From: an uncultured delta proteobacterium
GTDB lineage: Bacteria > Desulfobacterota > Desulfuromonadia > Geobacterales > DSM-12255
Direction of reading: 5' to 3'
DNA: 64,000 nt
Assembly: GCA_963787125.1 (NCBI GenBank)
Contig: CAWBBV010000001.1
Coordinates: 448,001 to 512,000 of the forward strand
The position numbers were made by a program, and so were the translations under genes. This document shows positions 21,035 through 30,455 of the stretch, in pieces. The first letter of the stretch is position 1. The number at the start of each line of letters is the position of its first letter. The notes beneath the pieces were generated by a model. It made no database searches. It worked only from the letters and a program-made list of their open reading frames with translations, and was not told where the DNA came from.

Positions 21035-21793
21035 TTAACTACTCACCGGTCTCTCCGCCACTGCAAACACTGAAGTGCCGAAGGGGACTGCTGACTTGAG
21101 CACCAGCCGGTTCTCCTGTCTGGCAGCCCAGAGCAGCAGCCGGTTTACGAGCGGCTGGGGTGAAGTCACATCTGAAGTCACGGAGTGCGGATCGGACGCA
21201 AAGTTCAGCGTTTTTTTCACCAATCTGAAAGCGGCAATCGGTCCGAAAAGAAAGCTGATTCTGTAACTGGCAACCCTGACCTTGAAGCCGCAACTCTCAA
21301 GGAGCGCAACAACCTCCCTGCGGGTGTAGCGCTTTCTGGTATGAACAGCTAAGTCATGGGTGCTGCGAAGGAATTCATGGGCTACCAGGTTCAGGATCAG
21401 CACGCCGCCAGGCTTAAGCGCGTTCAGGAATTTTTTCAGCACGGCTTTATCATCAGTGATGGCCAGATGATAAAGGGTGTCGATGGAAGTGATGACATCG
21501 TAGTGGGCTGAGTGCAGCGAAACCGTGTTGAGGTCAGCCTGGAACAGCCCTTTTAAGCCCCGTTTGCGGCAAAGTTCAAGAGCCTGCGCCGAGATGTCGC
21601 AGCCGGAAACCGCTCCATGATCTTGAAGGAGTTGGCAGAGCCTACCGGTACCGCAACCGGCGTCAAGGATTTGTAACGCTTCTCCCTTTGCGGTTCTCGT
21701 TGGGATTGCAGCCAAAATCAGTTCATGCAGGGCAACATACCACCAGTGAAAGTCTTCCACCGCGAACATCTGCCCGTATTCACGCGGATTCAT
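21035..21793 (-). CDS. Class I SAM-dependent methyltransferase
   Basis: ILDAGCGTG, LKPGG, E..HWWY N-terminus, HD...H..RY. Confidence 0.88.
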   Translation of the reverse strand: MNPREYGQMFAVEDFHWWYVALHELILAAIPTRTAKGEALQILDAGCGTGRLCQLLQDHGAVSGCDISAQALELCRKRGLKGLFQADLNTVSLHSAHYDVITSIDTLYHLAITDDKAVLKKFLNALKPGGVLILNLVAHEFLRSTHDLAVHTRKRYTRREVVALLESCGFKVRVASYRISFLFGPIAAFRLVKKTLNFASDPHSVTSDVTSPQPLVNRLLLWAARQENRLVLKSAVPFGTSVFAVAERPVSS

Positions 21794-22941
21794 GGCGTTC
21801 TTTGCCCATCAAAAAAACTTCTGATCACCGCAATGACTCTTTCCAGATGTTCCGGAGGGAGCGCGCCGTACATCGGCAAAGAAAGAATTTCACCGGCAAG
21901 TTGCTCGGTTACCGGCAGACTCCCCGCTTGGTAGCCGAGAAAAGCGTAGCCCCGCATCAGGTGAACCGGATGGGGATAGTTGATCCTTGTTTCAATGCCG
22001 TACTCGCCCAGATATCTTTTCAGCTCATCACGGTAGCCGGTTCTGAGGGTGTAGAGATAAAAGCGGTGATCTCTGTCCGGACGGGTGACCGGCAGTACGA
22101 GATCACCGACAGTTGCCAGTTGCCGGTTATATTGCCTGGCTATGCCCTGTCTTTTCCTGACCTCTTCCTCAACTTTTGGCAGCATAAAATCAAGGAGGGC
22201 GGCATGGAGCTCGTCAAGCCTTGAGTTGTACCCCTCCTCTTCGGCGTAATACTCCCCCTGCATCCCGTAAAAGCGGAGCCGTTTGAGGCGCTCGGCAAGC
22301 GCTGTCGAAGAAGTCGTCAGCATCCCGGCGTCGCCGAACGTGCCGAGAATCTTGGTTGGATAGAAAGAGAACGCGCCGATATTGCCGAGACTGCCGACTC
22401 TCTGGCCCTGATAGCTCGCCCCTGCTGCCTGAGCGCAGTCTTCCACAACCGCCAGACCGTGCTGGGCGGCGAGGCGGTTGATTGGCGCCATGGACGCTGC
22501 CTGCCCGCAAAGGTGTACCGGCAGCAGGCAGCGTGTCCTCTCAGTCAGCAATGACTCGATAACATCGGTATCCATCAAATATGTGTCTGCTTCGACATCA
22601 GCGAACACCGGTCTGGCGCCGGTCGCCCTGATGGCGGCAACCGTCGGTACGGCAGTATTGGCAACCGTGATGACTTCATCTCCCGCCCCTATATCGAGAG
22701 CTTTCAGCGCCAGGAAAAGAGCATCTGTACAGGAGTTGACCCCGATCCCGAATCCCGCGCCGCAGTAGTTGGCGAAGTTTTTTTCAAAACTGTCGACCCT
22801 GCTGCCGAGGATCAGGCGCCCTGACGAAAAAACTTCATCGGTTATCCGTAGAATTTCGTCGCGATTGCGGACATAGTCCGGCAGGTAGTCCCAGTATTTA
22901 ATCGGGTCAGCTGCCTGGTGACGGGTTTTATTGTGAGGCAT
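21790..22941 (-). CDS. DegT/DnrJ/EryC1 sugar aminotransferase (DnrJ/EvaB-like)
   Basis: VEDCAQA, FSFYPTKILG (PLP Lys), NSRLDE; WDYL..Y..RDEIL start resembles DnrJ/EvaB. Confidence 0.9.
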   Translation of the reverse strand: MPHNKTRHQAADPIKYWDYLPDYVRNRDEILRITDEVFSSGRLILGSRVDSFEKNFANYCGAGFGIGVNSCTDALFLALKALDIGAGDEVITVANTAVPTVAAIRATGARPVFADVEADTYLMDTDVIESLLTERTRCLLPVHLCGQAASMAPINRLAAQHGLAVVEDCAQAAGASYQGQRVGSLGNIGAFSFYPTKILGTFGDAGMLTTSSTALAERLKRLRFYGMQGEYYAEEEGYNSRLDELHAALLDFMLPKVEEEVRKRQGIARQYNRQLATVGDLVLPVTRPDRDHRFYLYTLRTGYRDELKRYLGEYGIETRINYPHPVHLMRGYAFLGYQAGSLPVTEQLAGEILSLPMYGALPPEHLERVIAVIRSFFDGQRTP

Positions 22942-23953
22942 ATTTATTCTCCATGCAGCCTTGTGCCATGTTGTCTGCCAGTCTGGCCATTGTTGCCGCC
23001 TGCCTGTTGAGATGTGAGAAGTCGCTGCCGGTCCGGATAAGGAGACAGATGTTTTCAAGCATGAGTCTGAAGTGATCGGCAGCAGGGATGACAGTTTCGG
23101 TTACGGTATCAGCGCTGCTGAGAAATATGCTGTTTGTGTAGTCTTCCGGCGTGGTATAGGCCCGTTCAAGCCGGATGCTGCCGGTTTCACCGATGACTTC
23201 ATAGCGTGCTTCGTAGCTCCGACCAAAAGCGATGGAGAAGGTGAATAGTTCATTGCCGGCGGTTATGGCCGTACCGGTGACGCCGCTGTTAAGTGTACCC
23301 AGCCAGGTTGAGTGCCCAGAGAAATTCTGTGGCTCGGCGCTGAGCAGATAATTCGCAATGCCGAGCGGGTAGCGGGCCAGATCAAGAAAGGCGCCGCCTC
23401 CCTGGCGCGGGTCGAGCCTGAAACTGTCCGTTTTCGGGAAGGGAAAGCCGAAAAAACTGCGCAACTCCTTAATCGTGCCGATTGTCCCCGCCGCCAGCAT
23501 TGATTTGACAACAGCGTGCTGCGGATGAAACAGGAACATCTGGTTTTCGTAGATAAGCCGGTTGTTGCTTGTGGCGCAGGCAAGAATCTTCTCTGCTGAA
23601 GTCAGTGAAGTGGCGAGTGGCTTTTCGCAAATGAGATGCTTGCCCGCCTTAAGAGCATTCAGCGACCACTCTTCATGGAGATGATTCGGCAAAGAGAGAT
23701 ACACAAGATCGATGTCGGCTGAAGCCAACAGCTCGGTAGCGGTCATAGCACGGCAGGAATGAGCATGGGCGTAAGCGGCTGTTCTGGCCGCGTCCCTGCC
23801 CGCAACAGCTGCCAGCGAGGCAGCGGCGCAGTGGCGGAGCGCCGGGATGAATTTACGTCGAGCAATATCCGAGCAGCCGAGAACACCTACCCGCAGCAAA
23901 TCACCACTTTCAAGCGGCGTGCTCCGCTCAGCTCGGCTGCGGCTCAAGCTCAT
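22928..23953 (-). CDS. Gfo/Idh/MocA oxidoreductase, NDP-hexose ketoreductase-like
   Basis: GVLGCSDIARR, GKHLICEKPL, FHPQH and GGGAFLD..RYP motifs. Confidence 0.85.
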   Translation of the reverse strand: MSLSRSRAERSTPLESGDLLRVGVLGCSDIARRKFIPALRHCAAASLAAVAGRDAARTAAYAHAHSCRAMTATELLASADIDLVYLSLPNHLHEEWSLNALKAGKHLICEKPLATSLTSAEKILACATSNNRLIYENQMFLFHPQHAVVKSMLAAGTIGTIKELRSFFGFPFPKTDSFRLDPRQGGGAFLDLARYPLGIANYLLSAEPQNFSGHSTWLGTLNSGVTGTAITAGNELFTFSIAFGRSYEARYEVIGETGSIRLERAYTTPEDYTNSIFLSSADTVTETVIPAADHFRLMLENICLLIRTGSDFSHLNRQAATMARLADNMAQGCMENKYASQ

Positions 23954-25649
23954 AAACCACTACTCCGATACTCTTTGGGTCGGTGTACAGCAAAAATGGC
24001 CGTAATCCCTGCACCCGGTAATTGGGATCTGTATTGAAAAATCTGCCGGGTGGCTGGTTTAGACCCACAAGCGGGTCAAAAATCTCTGTTCCCAGTTTCG
24101 GTCGATTACTGTAAAGAACCCCATCGGCAATAAAGAAGCGCACGCCGTTTTCCCGTGCCAGTTGAATTACCCCGGCAAGTTCTGTTTCCGCAGGGATATT
24201 CACATAGTCCCGTTCGGCGTAAAATGCAATTCTGGCCCAGCGGGTCATTATCTTTCCCGGCGGCAGGGACTCTTTCAACAGCAGCCCGATATGTTTTTCG
24301 GCCCGGCGATAGTTATCCGACTCCGGGATGTACTCTGCGTCGGAGATATCCGCGTGTATCTGGGGGACGAAAACAGTTGTTGCATAAATAAGTACAGCTA
24401 CAAGCAGGAGTGGCGTGCGCCGGAGCAGTTGCTGCTGTGCTGCTGACAAGACGGCGGCAGATTTAATTTTAAGCTTTTCTTCTATAGTTGTGAATCCGGC
24501 TGCGGCAAAGAGAAACATGATCGGCATATACGCTTCAACATAACCACTGTTTATATAGTAAAAAGTGATCAGTACCCCAATCGGGGTAAAGCTTGAGAGC
24601 AGAAAGAGCCGGATGGTGTTTTTATCCCGGTCAAACCCTCCGGAAAAAACCCCGATAGTAAAAAGTAGCCAGAGTCCGGGTGGCAGCAGAGTGCTCCACG
24701 TCGCTTTGAGGTTTTTTAGCGAGTTTACCCAGATGAACGCCGGGTGATCCCGTAAAATATCCAGGTAACCTTTTGGTTTGAAGCCGGGAACATAGCTCAT
24801 ATCGGTGATGTTGAGGTAGTAACTGAGGGCATCATTAAGAGCACTGTCAGTTTTGGCGGAGAGTTGCCAATGACCGGAAATATGATGCACCAGCAACAGG
24901 TTGACACTGAAGAGCAGGAGAAAACCGCCGCAGTAGGCGGCGATAAGACCCAACTGACTCCGGAGGTGGCGATAGTGGTAGACGCCCAGTGCCAGAGGCA
25001 TGACGACAAAAAGAGCAATCCCTTCCGGGCGGGTGAGGAATGTCAGCCCCATGAAAAACCCGGCAAGGGTGCCGTTCAGCAGCGAAGGTTTTGTAAACGC
25101 CCGCCAGAGGAGCAAAACTGCTGTAAGCTGAAGAGTTGTATGGGTTGACTGGGTGATCACCTCGCAGGAAGAGTTAACCAGGCAAGGCCAGACTACGCTT
25201 AAAAGTGCCGCGGCAATGGCAACTTTTCTTGAAAAAACGGCTTTCCCCAAAAGGTAGAGCGGCACGACCAGCAGTGAACCCGTAATAATTGAAGTGATTC
25301 TCCCCGCGGTTTCAAGATCACTGATGAACAAATTTGTCACAGCAATAAGTACCGGATAGAGCCCGTAGGTGCCGATGCCGTGAAAATCACCCCCTGCCAA
25401 AGCACGGGCCGTAAGGGCGTAGCTTGTGCCGTCCGTTGCAATAACATGAAAAAATTGTAGTGAGTAGAGGCGAACGCCCAAAGCTGCCAGAATCAGCGCC
25501 ATAATGGTGTAGAGATCTTTGTTGCCGGCGGACGTAGCTGAGCGGGTGTTTTTCTGCGGGCACGATTCAGGGGTGGGGATCATTTCTAGGCATGTTGCAG
25601 AATAAACTGTGTCGGTGTCATCCTGAAGTGGAGCGGTGCCGTAGCTCAT
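23928..25649 (-). CDS. ArnT/PMT-like (GT-C) membrane glycosyltransferase
   Basis: Many TM helices, D after TM1 (IATDG..Y), LTRPEG. Confidence 0.8.
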   Translation of the reverse strand: MSYGTAPLQDDTDTVYSATCLEMIPTPESCPQKNTRSATSAGNKDLYTIMALILAALGVRLYSLQFFHVIATDGTSYALTARALAGGDFHGIGTYGLYPVLIAVTNLFISDLETAGRITSIITGSLLVVPLYLLGKAVFSRKVAIAAALLSVVWPCLVNSSCEVITQSTHTTLQLTAVLLLWRAFTKPSLLNGTLAGFFMGLTFLTRPEGIALFVVMPLALGVYHYRHLRSQLGLIAAYCGGFLLLFSVNLLLVHHISGHWQLSAKTDSALNDALSYYLNITDMSYVPGFKPKGYLDILRDHPAFIWVNSLKNLKATWSTLLPPGLWLLFTIGVFSGGFDRDKNTIRLFLLSSFTPIGVLITFYYINSGYVEAYMPIMFLFAAAGFTTIEEKLKIKSAAVLSAAQQQLLRRTPLLLVAVLIYATTVFVPQIHADISDAEYIPESDNYRRAEKHIGLLLKESLPPGKIMTRWARIAFYAERDYVNIPAETELAGVIQLARENGVRFFIADGVLYSNRPKLGTEIFDPLVGLNQPPGRFFNTDPNYRVQGLRPFLLYTDPKSIGVVVYELEPQPS

Positions 25650-27121
25650 TATCCGGCACCGTTGCTGAGCATCGTGGCGAAAACGCTTCTGGCGCAGGAA
25701 TTGACGCTCTCGCCCATATTGATGAAGAAGTTAAGCTCAGATTGCGATAGCCAGCAAAAGTCAGCAGGAATTGGCAGCTCTTCAGTTGCAGGTAGATTTA
25801 GAATCCGATGGCTGTGAACTTCATTGTAAAATCTGGCCCCCTCTTCGCTCTGGATACTCTGCAGCAGAAGCGGAAAGCGTCCCGGTTTGTAAAATTCTTC
25901 AAAAAGAAAAGGTTTCCGGAGCCTTTCGTTGCCGATGTAGTTATTCGGAGTGAACTGCACCGTTGGTCCGAGTTGGACCAACCCCCTGTTACCGAACTCT
26001 GCTTTTGCCTGCATCAGGAAGAAGCGCTCATTGCCGCTGACTTTGGTCAGCAGCCCGATGATTCCAACCCCGGGATTGTCAAGGATCGGCTGATTCCAGA
26101 CGGCAACTTCCCGTTCGGTTGTTGTTACATCCAGGCCGATAACCCGGAAAAACCGGCCATGCTCATGGGAAAAAGAGCCGTCACGATCCATTCCCCACTC
26201 TTTGAGGCTGTTTAGCGGAGTTCTTTTTACCCAGAAATGATTGACTGCTTTCCGGTCGTCCAGCCACTGGACTTTTGCCGCCAGAGCGCTGCCGTCTGGG
26301 CTGTCTGCAGCATCTTGGCGGCGGCTTGACGCTTTGGGAGAGATGACGCTGTCACTGAAAACCAGTGCCGAAAGGATACTTCTGGTGCAGGCGTGGAGCA
26401 GATTGTCGCGCTTTATCAGCTGGCCGATCTGCCTTAACGTCATCCAGATGAAGTTGTCCGGCAACTGCGTTAATTCAGATTCAGCAACTTTTACAATCAT
26501 ATTCCGGTTTGACTTGTAGAGGAATCTCCCGCCGTCTTCAGTCTGGAGCTTTGCATAGATGATCCGCCCTTTGGCCGGATCAATAAAATATTCAACAAAC
26601 TTCGGCGGGGTGCCGCCATGCACTTGGGTATAATTGCTGTAAGTTGCCTGCAGTGTTGGCGAAAGCTGCACAGAATTGATGTTGCCAGGCTCTTCTTTTG
26701 CTTGCAGGCAGAAGTGGAGTACGCCAAGGATCTCTTTTGCCACTATTCCCAGTATGCCGACTTCCGGCTGATCAATGATAGGCTGATCCCACTCGATTTC
26801 AACTGAGTCTGAGCGGTGCTTTATGACTGCACCGGTAATAGTGAAAAATCTGCCCGTATCATGGCAGATATTCCCTGTTTCCGGGCTGACGCCCCAGCCC
26901 TGCATCTCATTGAGAGAGATAGTCTGTATCTTCAACTTTGGGGTCAGCAGCTGAGAAGTGATCCATTTGTCAAGCTGTCTGTCGGAATGAAGCGAGGTTT
27001 TCAGATCTCGGGAGCGGTTGATATCCCGGCAATCTTCCGGACTGAGCCAGCTGGGCAGGTTGCCGGGATTACGAGTATTATCGCTCCCGGAAACCTGAGA
27101 AGATGTTTTTTTAGTCAACAT
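25649..27121 (-). CDS. NDP-hexose 2,3-dehydratase
   Basis: Duplicated domain with GRFF, WDQPII.QPEVGILG, QAK.EPGN, QLSPTLQAT.SNY and Q(T/S)E(D/E)G.RF. Confidence 0.92.
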   Translation of the reverse strand: MLTKKTSSQVSGSDNTRNPGNLPSWLSPEDCRDINRSRDLKTSLHSDRQLDKWITSQLLTPKLKIQTISLNEMQGWGVSPETGNICHDTGRFFTITGAVIKHRSDSVEIEWDQPIIDQPEVGILGIVAKEILGVLHFCLQAKEEPGNINSVQLSPTLQATYSNYTQVHGGTPPKFVEYFIDPAKGRIIYAKLQTEDGGRFLYKSNRNMIVKVAESELTQLPDNFIWMTLRQIGQLIKRDNLLHACTRSILSALVFSDSVISPKASSRRQDAADSPDGSALAAKVQWLDDRKAVNHFWVKRTPLNSLKEWGMDRDGSFSHEHGRFFRVIGLDVTTTEREVAVWNQPILDNPGVGIIGLLTKVSGNERFFLMQAKAEFGNRGLVQLGPTVQFTPNNYIGNERLRKPFLFEEFYKPGRFPLLLQSIQSEEGARFYNEVHSHRILNLPATEELPIPADFCWLSQSELNFFINMGESVNSCARSVFATMLSNGAG

Positions 27122-28095
27122 TTATAGAGACTCCTGATCTTTAGAGGCGATTGAATCTCTGCCTCGTTGCGCGCCAAAAACTTTTCTCTGATTACGAACT
27201 GGGGATCCCTGTTCAGCGACAGGTAAATTCTGCCGACATATTCACCGACAACACTGACTGCCAGCATCTGTATCCCACGGAAAAAAGTTGTAACGGCTGT
27301 AAGGGTCTCTATTTCAGTAGGATCGACCCGGCTTGGCATGAACTGGTCAAACAGGGCAAATCCGGCAACGTATATGCCGACGAGGGTCATTATCATGCCG
27401 ACAAAGCCGAGAATTCTCAACGGGATGAGGGAGTAGCTGAGAATCATGTTGCCCCAGAGAGAGACGAGCTTCCCGAAAGAATATCCCGAGCGTCCGTGTC
27501 GGCGTTTGTCATGGCGCACCTCTACGCTGCCGATATTGGCGGTGCTGCGTAAGATGATGGCGTCAATATAGGGGTCAGGTCCGGAATATTTGATGACTTC
27601 GCTAACCAGAAAGCGGTTCATAATCTTGAAGCTGGAAAGATAAAGACCAGCTGGTTTGTGCAGGATCAGATTCGCCATCCTGTCATTAAAGAGACTGCCC
27701 ATGTTTCTGAACAGGCCATCATTCTTTTCGAGGTATTTCGTATAAACAACGTCGAAGCCCTTTTCAATTTCGCATACCAGACTTGCAACCTCTTCGGGAG
27801 GATTCTGAAAATCGTCATCCATAATAACGCACAAGTCTCCCCGGGCGCAGTTAAGACCGGCCATTACGGCATTATGCTCACTGAAGTTGCGGGCAAGCTT
27901 TATATAGGTAATGGTTTCGCCATGCAGGTCATGGAGCCTTCGACAGATAATGTCCGTGTTATCACGACTGTTATCATTTACGAGCACAATCTCCAGACGA
28001 TAGCAACTTGCATACAGGCCTAAAAGTTCATTGCAAAGAGGTTCAATGGTCTGTTCAGCGTTATATACCGGAATAACAATTGATAAAGCTGTCAT
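27115..28095 (-). CDS. GT2 polyprenyl-phosphate glycosyltransferase (ArnC/GtrB-like)
   Basis: SIVIPVYN, VNDNSRD, MDDDFQNPP, two C-terminal TM helices, GEYVGRIY. Confidence 0.9.
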   Translation of the reverse strand: MTALSIVIPVYNAEQTIEPLCNELLGLYASCYRLEIVLVNDNSRDNTDIICRRLHDLHGETITYIKLARNFSEHNAVMAGLNCARGDLCVIMDDDFQNPPEEVASLVCEIEKGFDVVYTKYLEKNDGLFRNMGSLFNDRMANLILHKPAGLYLSSFKIMNRFLVSEVIKYSGPDPYIDAIILRSTANIGSVEVRHDKRRHGRSGYSFGKLVSLWGNMILSYSLIPLRILGFVGMIMTLVGIYVAGFALFDQFMPSRVDPTEIETLTAVTTFFRGIQMLAVSVVGEYVGRIYLSLNRDPQFVIREKFLARNEAEIQSPLKIRSLYKC

Positions 28096-28166
28096 GTCTG
28101 CACCTCGGCAGTCATCAGTAATTTGACGGTGTATTCAGCGAGTGCTGGGGGTAATTCAGGCAGTTG

Positions 28167-28535
28167 TCAACAAGAAGGCTGTGGTGGCGCGCGGGAAAGT
28201 TTGGTCAGAAGCGGTGAAGAGGAATCAACATGAATGGCGTGGAAGTGAGGTCTGACAGTGCTTTGATCTGTTCTGGAGGCAAGTATGGATTCCGGCAGAA
28301 CCGGGTCGGCTGAAAAAGACTTGAGGATCTGTTTACAGGTTTTGATCTGATTCTGAGTGACTGCTTTAGGGCGGGGCTTGATTTTTCCGGAGGATATTCC
28401 GATTCCCCACTGGAGGCGGATTCCCATAAAAATAAGGCTGATAGTGAGTATTGCAAGGAGAAGTAGAGTGCTTTTGCGGCCGACTGAACTGTTGCGGAAA
28501 ATGAAATGCTGAGAATTGCCCGTGAACATGTACAA
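28167..28535 (-). CDS. Small membrane protein ending in a RAPP motif (putative leader/arrest peptide)
   Basis: One TM segment, low-complexity linker, C-terminal SRAPPQPSC; first ORF of the glycosylation operon. Confidence 0.55.
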   Translation of the reverse strand: MYMFTGNSQHFIFRNSSVGRKSTLLLLAILTISLIFMGIRLQWGIGISSGKIKPRPKAVTQNQIKTCKQILKSFSADPVLPESILASRTDQSTVRPHFHAIHVDSSSPLLTKLSRAPPQPSC

Positions 28536-28639
28536 AAAATATTCCCATTATATTAAAAGTGCAAGTATTTTTAATTTTTAGCGAGGATAGTGTGGAACTG
28601 TTTTCCCACTGGAACTGAGTGAAAGTTTGAAAACCTGCG

Positions 28640-28668
28640 TTGAATTTATGAAAAGAATAGGTTATAAG
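28640..28668 (+). promoter_or_regulatory. Sigma70 promoter of tRNA-Ser
   Basis: TTGAAT-17 nt-TATAAG. Confidence 0.6.
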
Positions 28669-28690
28669 GATGGCTCGTACAAATTGACAC

Positions 28691-28778
28691 GGAGAGGTGT
28701 CCGAGTGGTCGATGGTGCCTGACTCGAAATCAGGTGTACGGCAACGTACCTAGGGTTCGAATCCCTACCTCTCCGCCA
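28691..28778 (+). tRNA. tRNA-Ser(CGA)
   Basis: GGAGAGG/CCTCTCC acceptor stem, CCTGA-CTCGAAA-TCAGG anticodon arm, long variable arm, GTTCGAATCC T-loop, CCA end. Confidence 0.97.
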
Positions 28779-28809
28779 GTTTAAAAACCGGTAACGTCCG
28801 GTAAAGACC

Positions 28810-28842
28810 AAAAAGCCATTGACTTATCAATGGCTTTTTTTG
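28810..28842 (+). terminator. Terminator-like hairpin after tRNA-Ser
   Basis: AAAAAGCCATTGA-CTTA-TCAATGGCTTTTT. Confidence 0.75.
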
Positions 28843-28898
28843 GTTCATACCTGCCCTTAAAATTAAGAAAATCCACCTGCCAACATGGATACTAACCC

Positions 28899-30455
28899 AT
28901 GATCGAAGATATCAAAAAAACTCTCTGGGCCACCGCCGACAAGCTGCGGGCCAACATGGACGCTGCCGAATACAAGCATGTCGTGCTTGGTCTGATTTTC
29001 CTCAAATTCATCTCCGACACCTTCCAGACCCGCAGCAACGAGCTGACGGAGCGCTTTGCCGATCCTGAAGACGAGTATTACATTCAGGACGCAGACTCTG
29101 CTGGATTGGTTTCAGAGCTTGAAGACCGGGACTACTACCGGGAGGTCAACGTCTTTTGGGTGCCGGAAGCGGCGCGTTGGGAAAACCTGCGGGCACAGGC
29201 CAAGCAGCCGGACATTGGCAAGCGCATTGATGATGCCCTGACCCTGATCGAGACCGAAAACCCCAAGCTGAAAGGTATCCTCGACAAACGTTATGCACGC
29301 GTGCAGCTCCCGGATGGCAAGCTGGGGGAGTTAGTGGATATGGTCTCCACCATCGGCTTTGGCACCACCGGGCAGAGTGCCCGCGACCTGCTCGGCCAGG
29401 TGTATGAATATTTCCTCGGCCAGTTCGCCAGTGCAGAAGGCAAGCGGGGCGGACAGTTCTACACTCCCGCCAGTATTGTTAAGACGCTGGTGGCGATACT
29501 CGCTCCACATCAAGGCCAGGTCTATGACCCCTGCTGCGGCTCGGGCGGGATGTTTGTTCAATCTGAAAAGTTCATCGAAGCGCACGGCGGCAAGATCGGT
29601 GATGTTTCCATCTACGGTCAGGAATCCAACCCTACCACCTGGCGACTGGCGGCGATGAACCTGGCCATTCGGGGCATCGACTTCAACCTGGGCAAAGAAC
29701 CTGCCGACACCTTTGTCCGCAACCAACACCCTGACCTACGTGCTGACTTCGTGCTGGCAAACCCCCCTTTCAATATCTCCGACTGGTGGCACGCCAGCCT
29801 GGAAGGCGACCCGCGCTGGGTGTATGGTACGCCTCCGCAAGGCAACGCCAACTACGCCTGGCTGCAACATATCCTCTATCACTTAAAACCTGCGGGGAGA
29901 GGCGGTATCGTGCTGGCCAACGGCTCCATGTCCTCCAGCCAAAACTCTGAGGGTGACATCCGCCGGGCCATGGTCGAGGCTGACAAGGTGGAAGTCATGG
30001 TGGCCATGCCGGGCCAACTGTTCTTTAACACCCAGATCCCCGCCTGCCTCTGGTTTCTGGTCAAACAGAAGAGCAGGCGTCAGGGTGAGGTGCTGTTCAT
30101 CGACGCCCGCAAGCTTGGCACCATGATCAGCCGGGTGCAGATCGAGTTTACCGACGCCGATATTCAGCGCATTGCCGACACCGTGCATGCCTGGCGTGGT
30201 GATGGGGAAACAATAGCAGAGTATGCCGATGTGGCTGGTTTCTGCCGCAGTGTCACGCTTGCCGAGATCGCCGAACATGGTCATGTGCTGACGCCGGGGC
30301 GCTATGTCGGCGCGGAAGCGGTGGAGGATGACGATGAAGCATTTGCAGAGAAGATGCAGCGGCTGACGGGAGTGCTGGGTGAGCAGATGGCCAGGGGGGC
30401 GGAACTGGACAGGCTGATCCGGCAGAAGCTGGGAGGGTTGGGGTATGAGTTCTGA
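28899..30455 (+). CDS. hsdM: Type I R-M methyltransferase subunit
   Basis: [24 protein letters not shown] and ANPPFN motifs. Confidence 0.97.
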   Translation: MIEDIKKTLWATADKLRANMDAAEYKHVVLGLIFLKFISDTFQTRSNELTERFADPEDEYYIQDADSAGLVSELEDRDYYREVNVFWVPEAARWENLRAQAKQPDIGKRIDDALTLIETENPKLKGILDKRYARVQLPDGKLGELVDMVSTIGFGTTGQSARDLLGQVYEYFLGQFASAEGKRGGQFYTPASIVKTLVAILAPHQGQVYDPCCGSGGMFVQSEKFIEAHGGKIGDVSIYGQESNPTTWRLAAMNLAIRGIDFNLGKEPADTFVRNQHPDLRADFVLANPPFNISDWWHASLEGDPRWVYGTPPQGNANYAWLQHILYHLKPAGRGGIVLANGSMSSSQNSEGDIRRAMVEADKVEVMVAMPGQLFFNTQIPACLWFLVKQKSRRQGEVLFIDARKLGTMISRVQIEFTDADIQRIADTVHAWRGDGETIAEYADVAGFCRSVTLAEIAEHGHVLTPGRYVGAEAVEDDDEAFAEKMQRLTGVLGEQMARGAELDRLIRQKLGGLGYEF

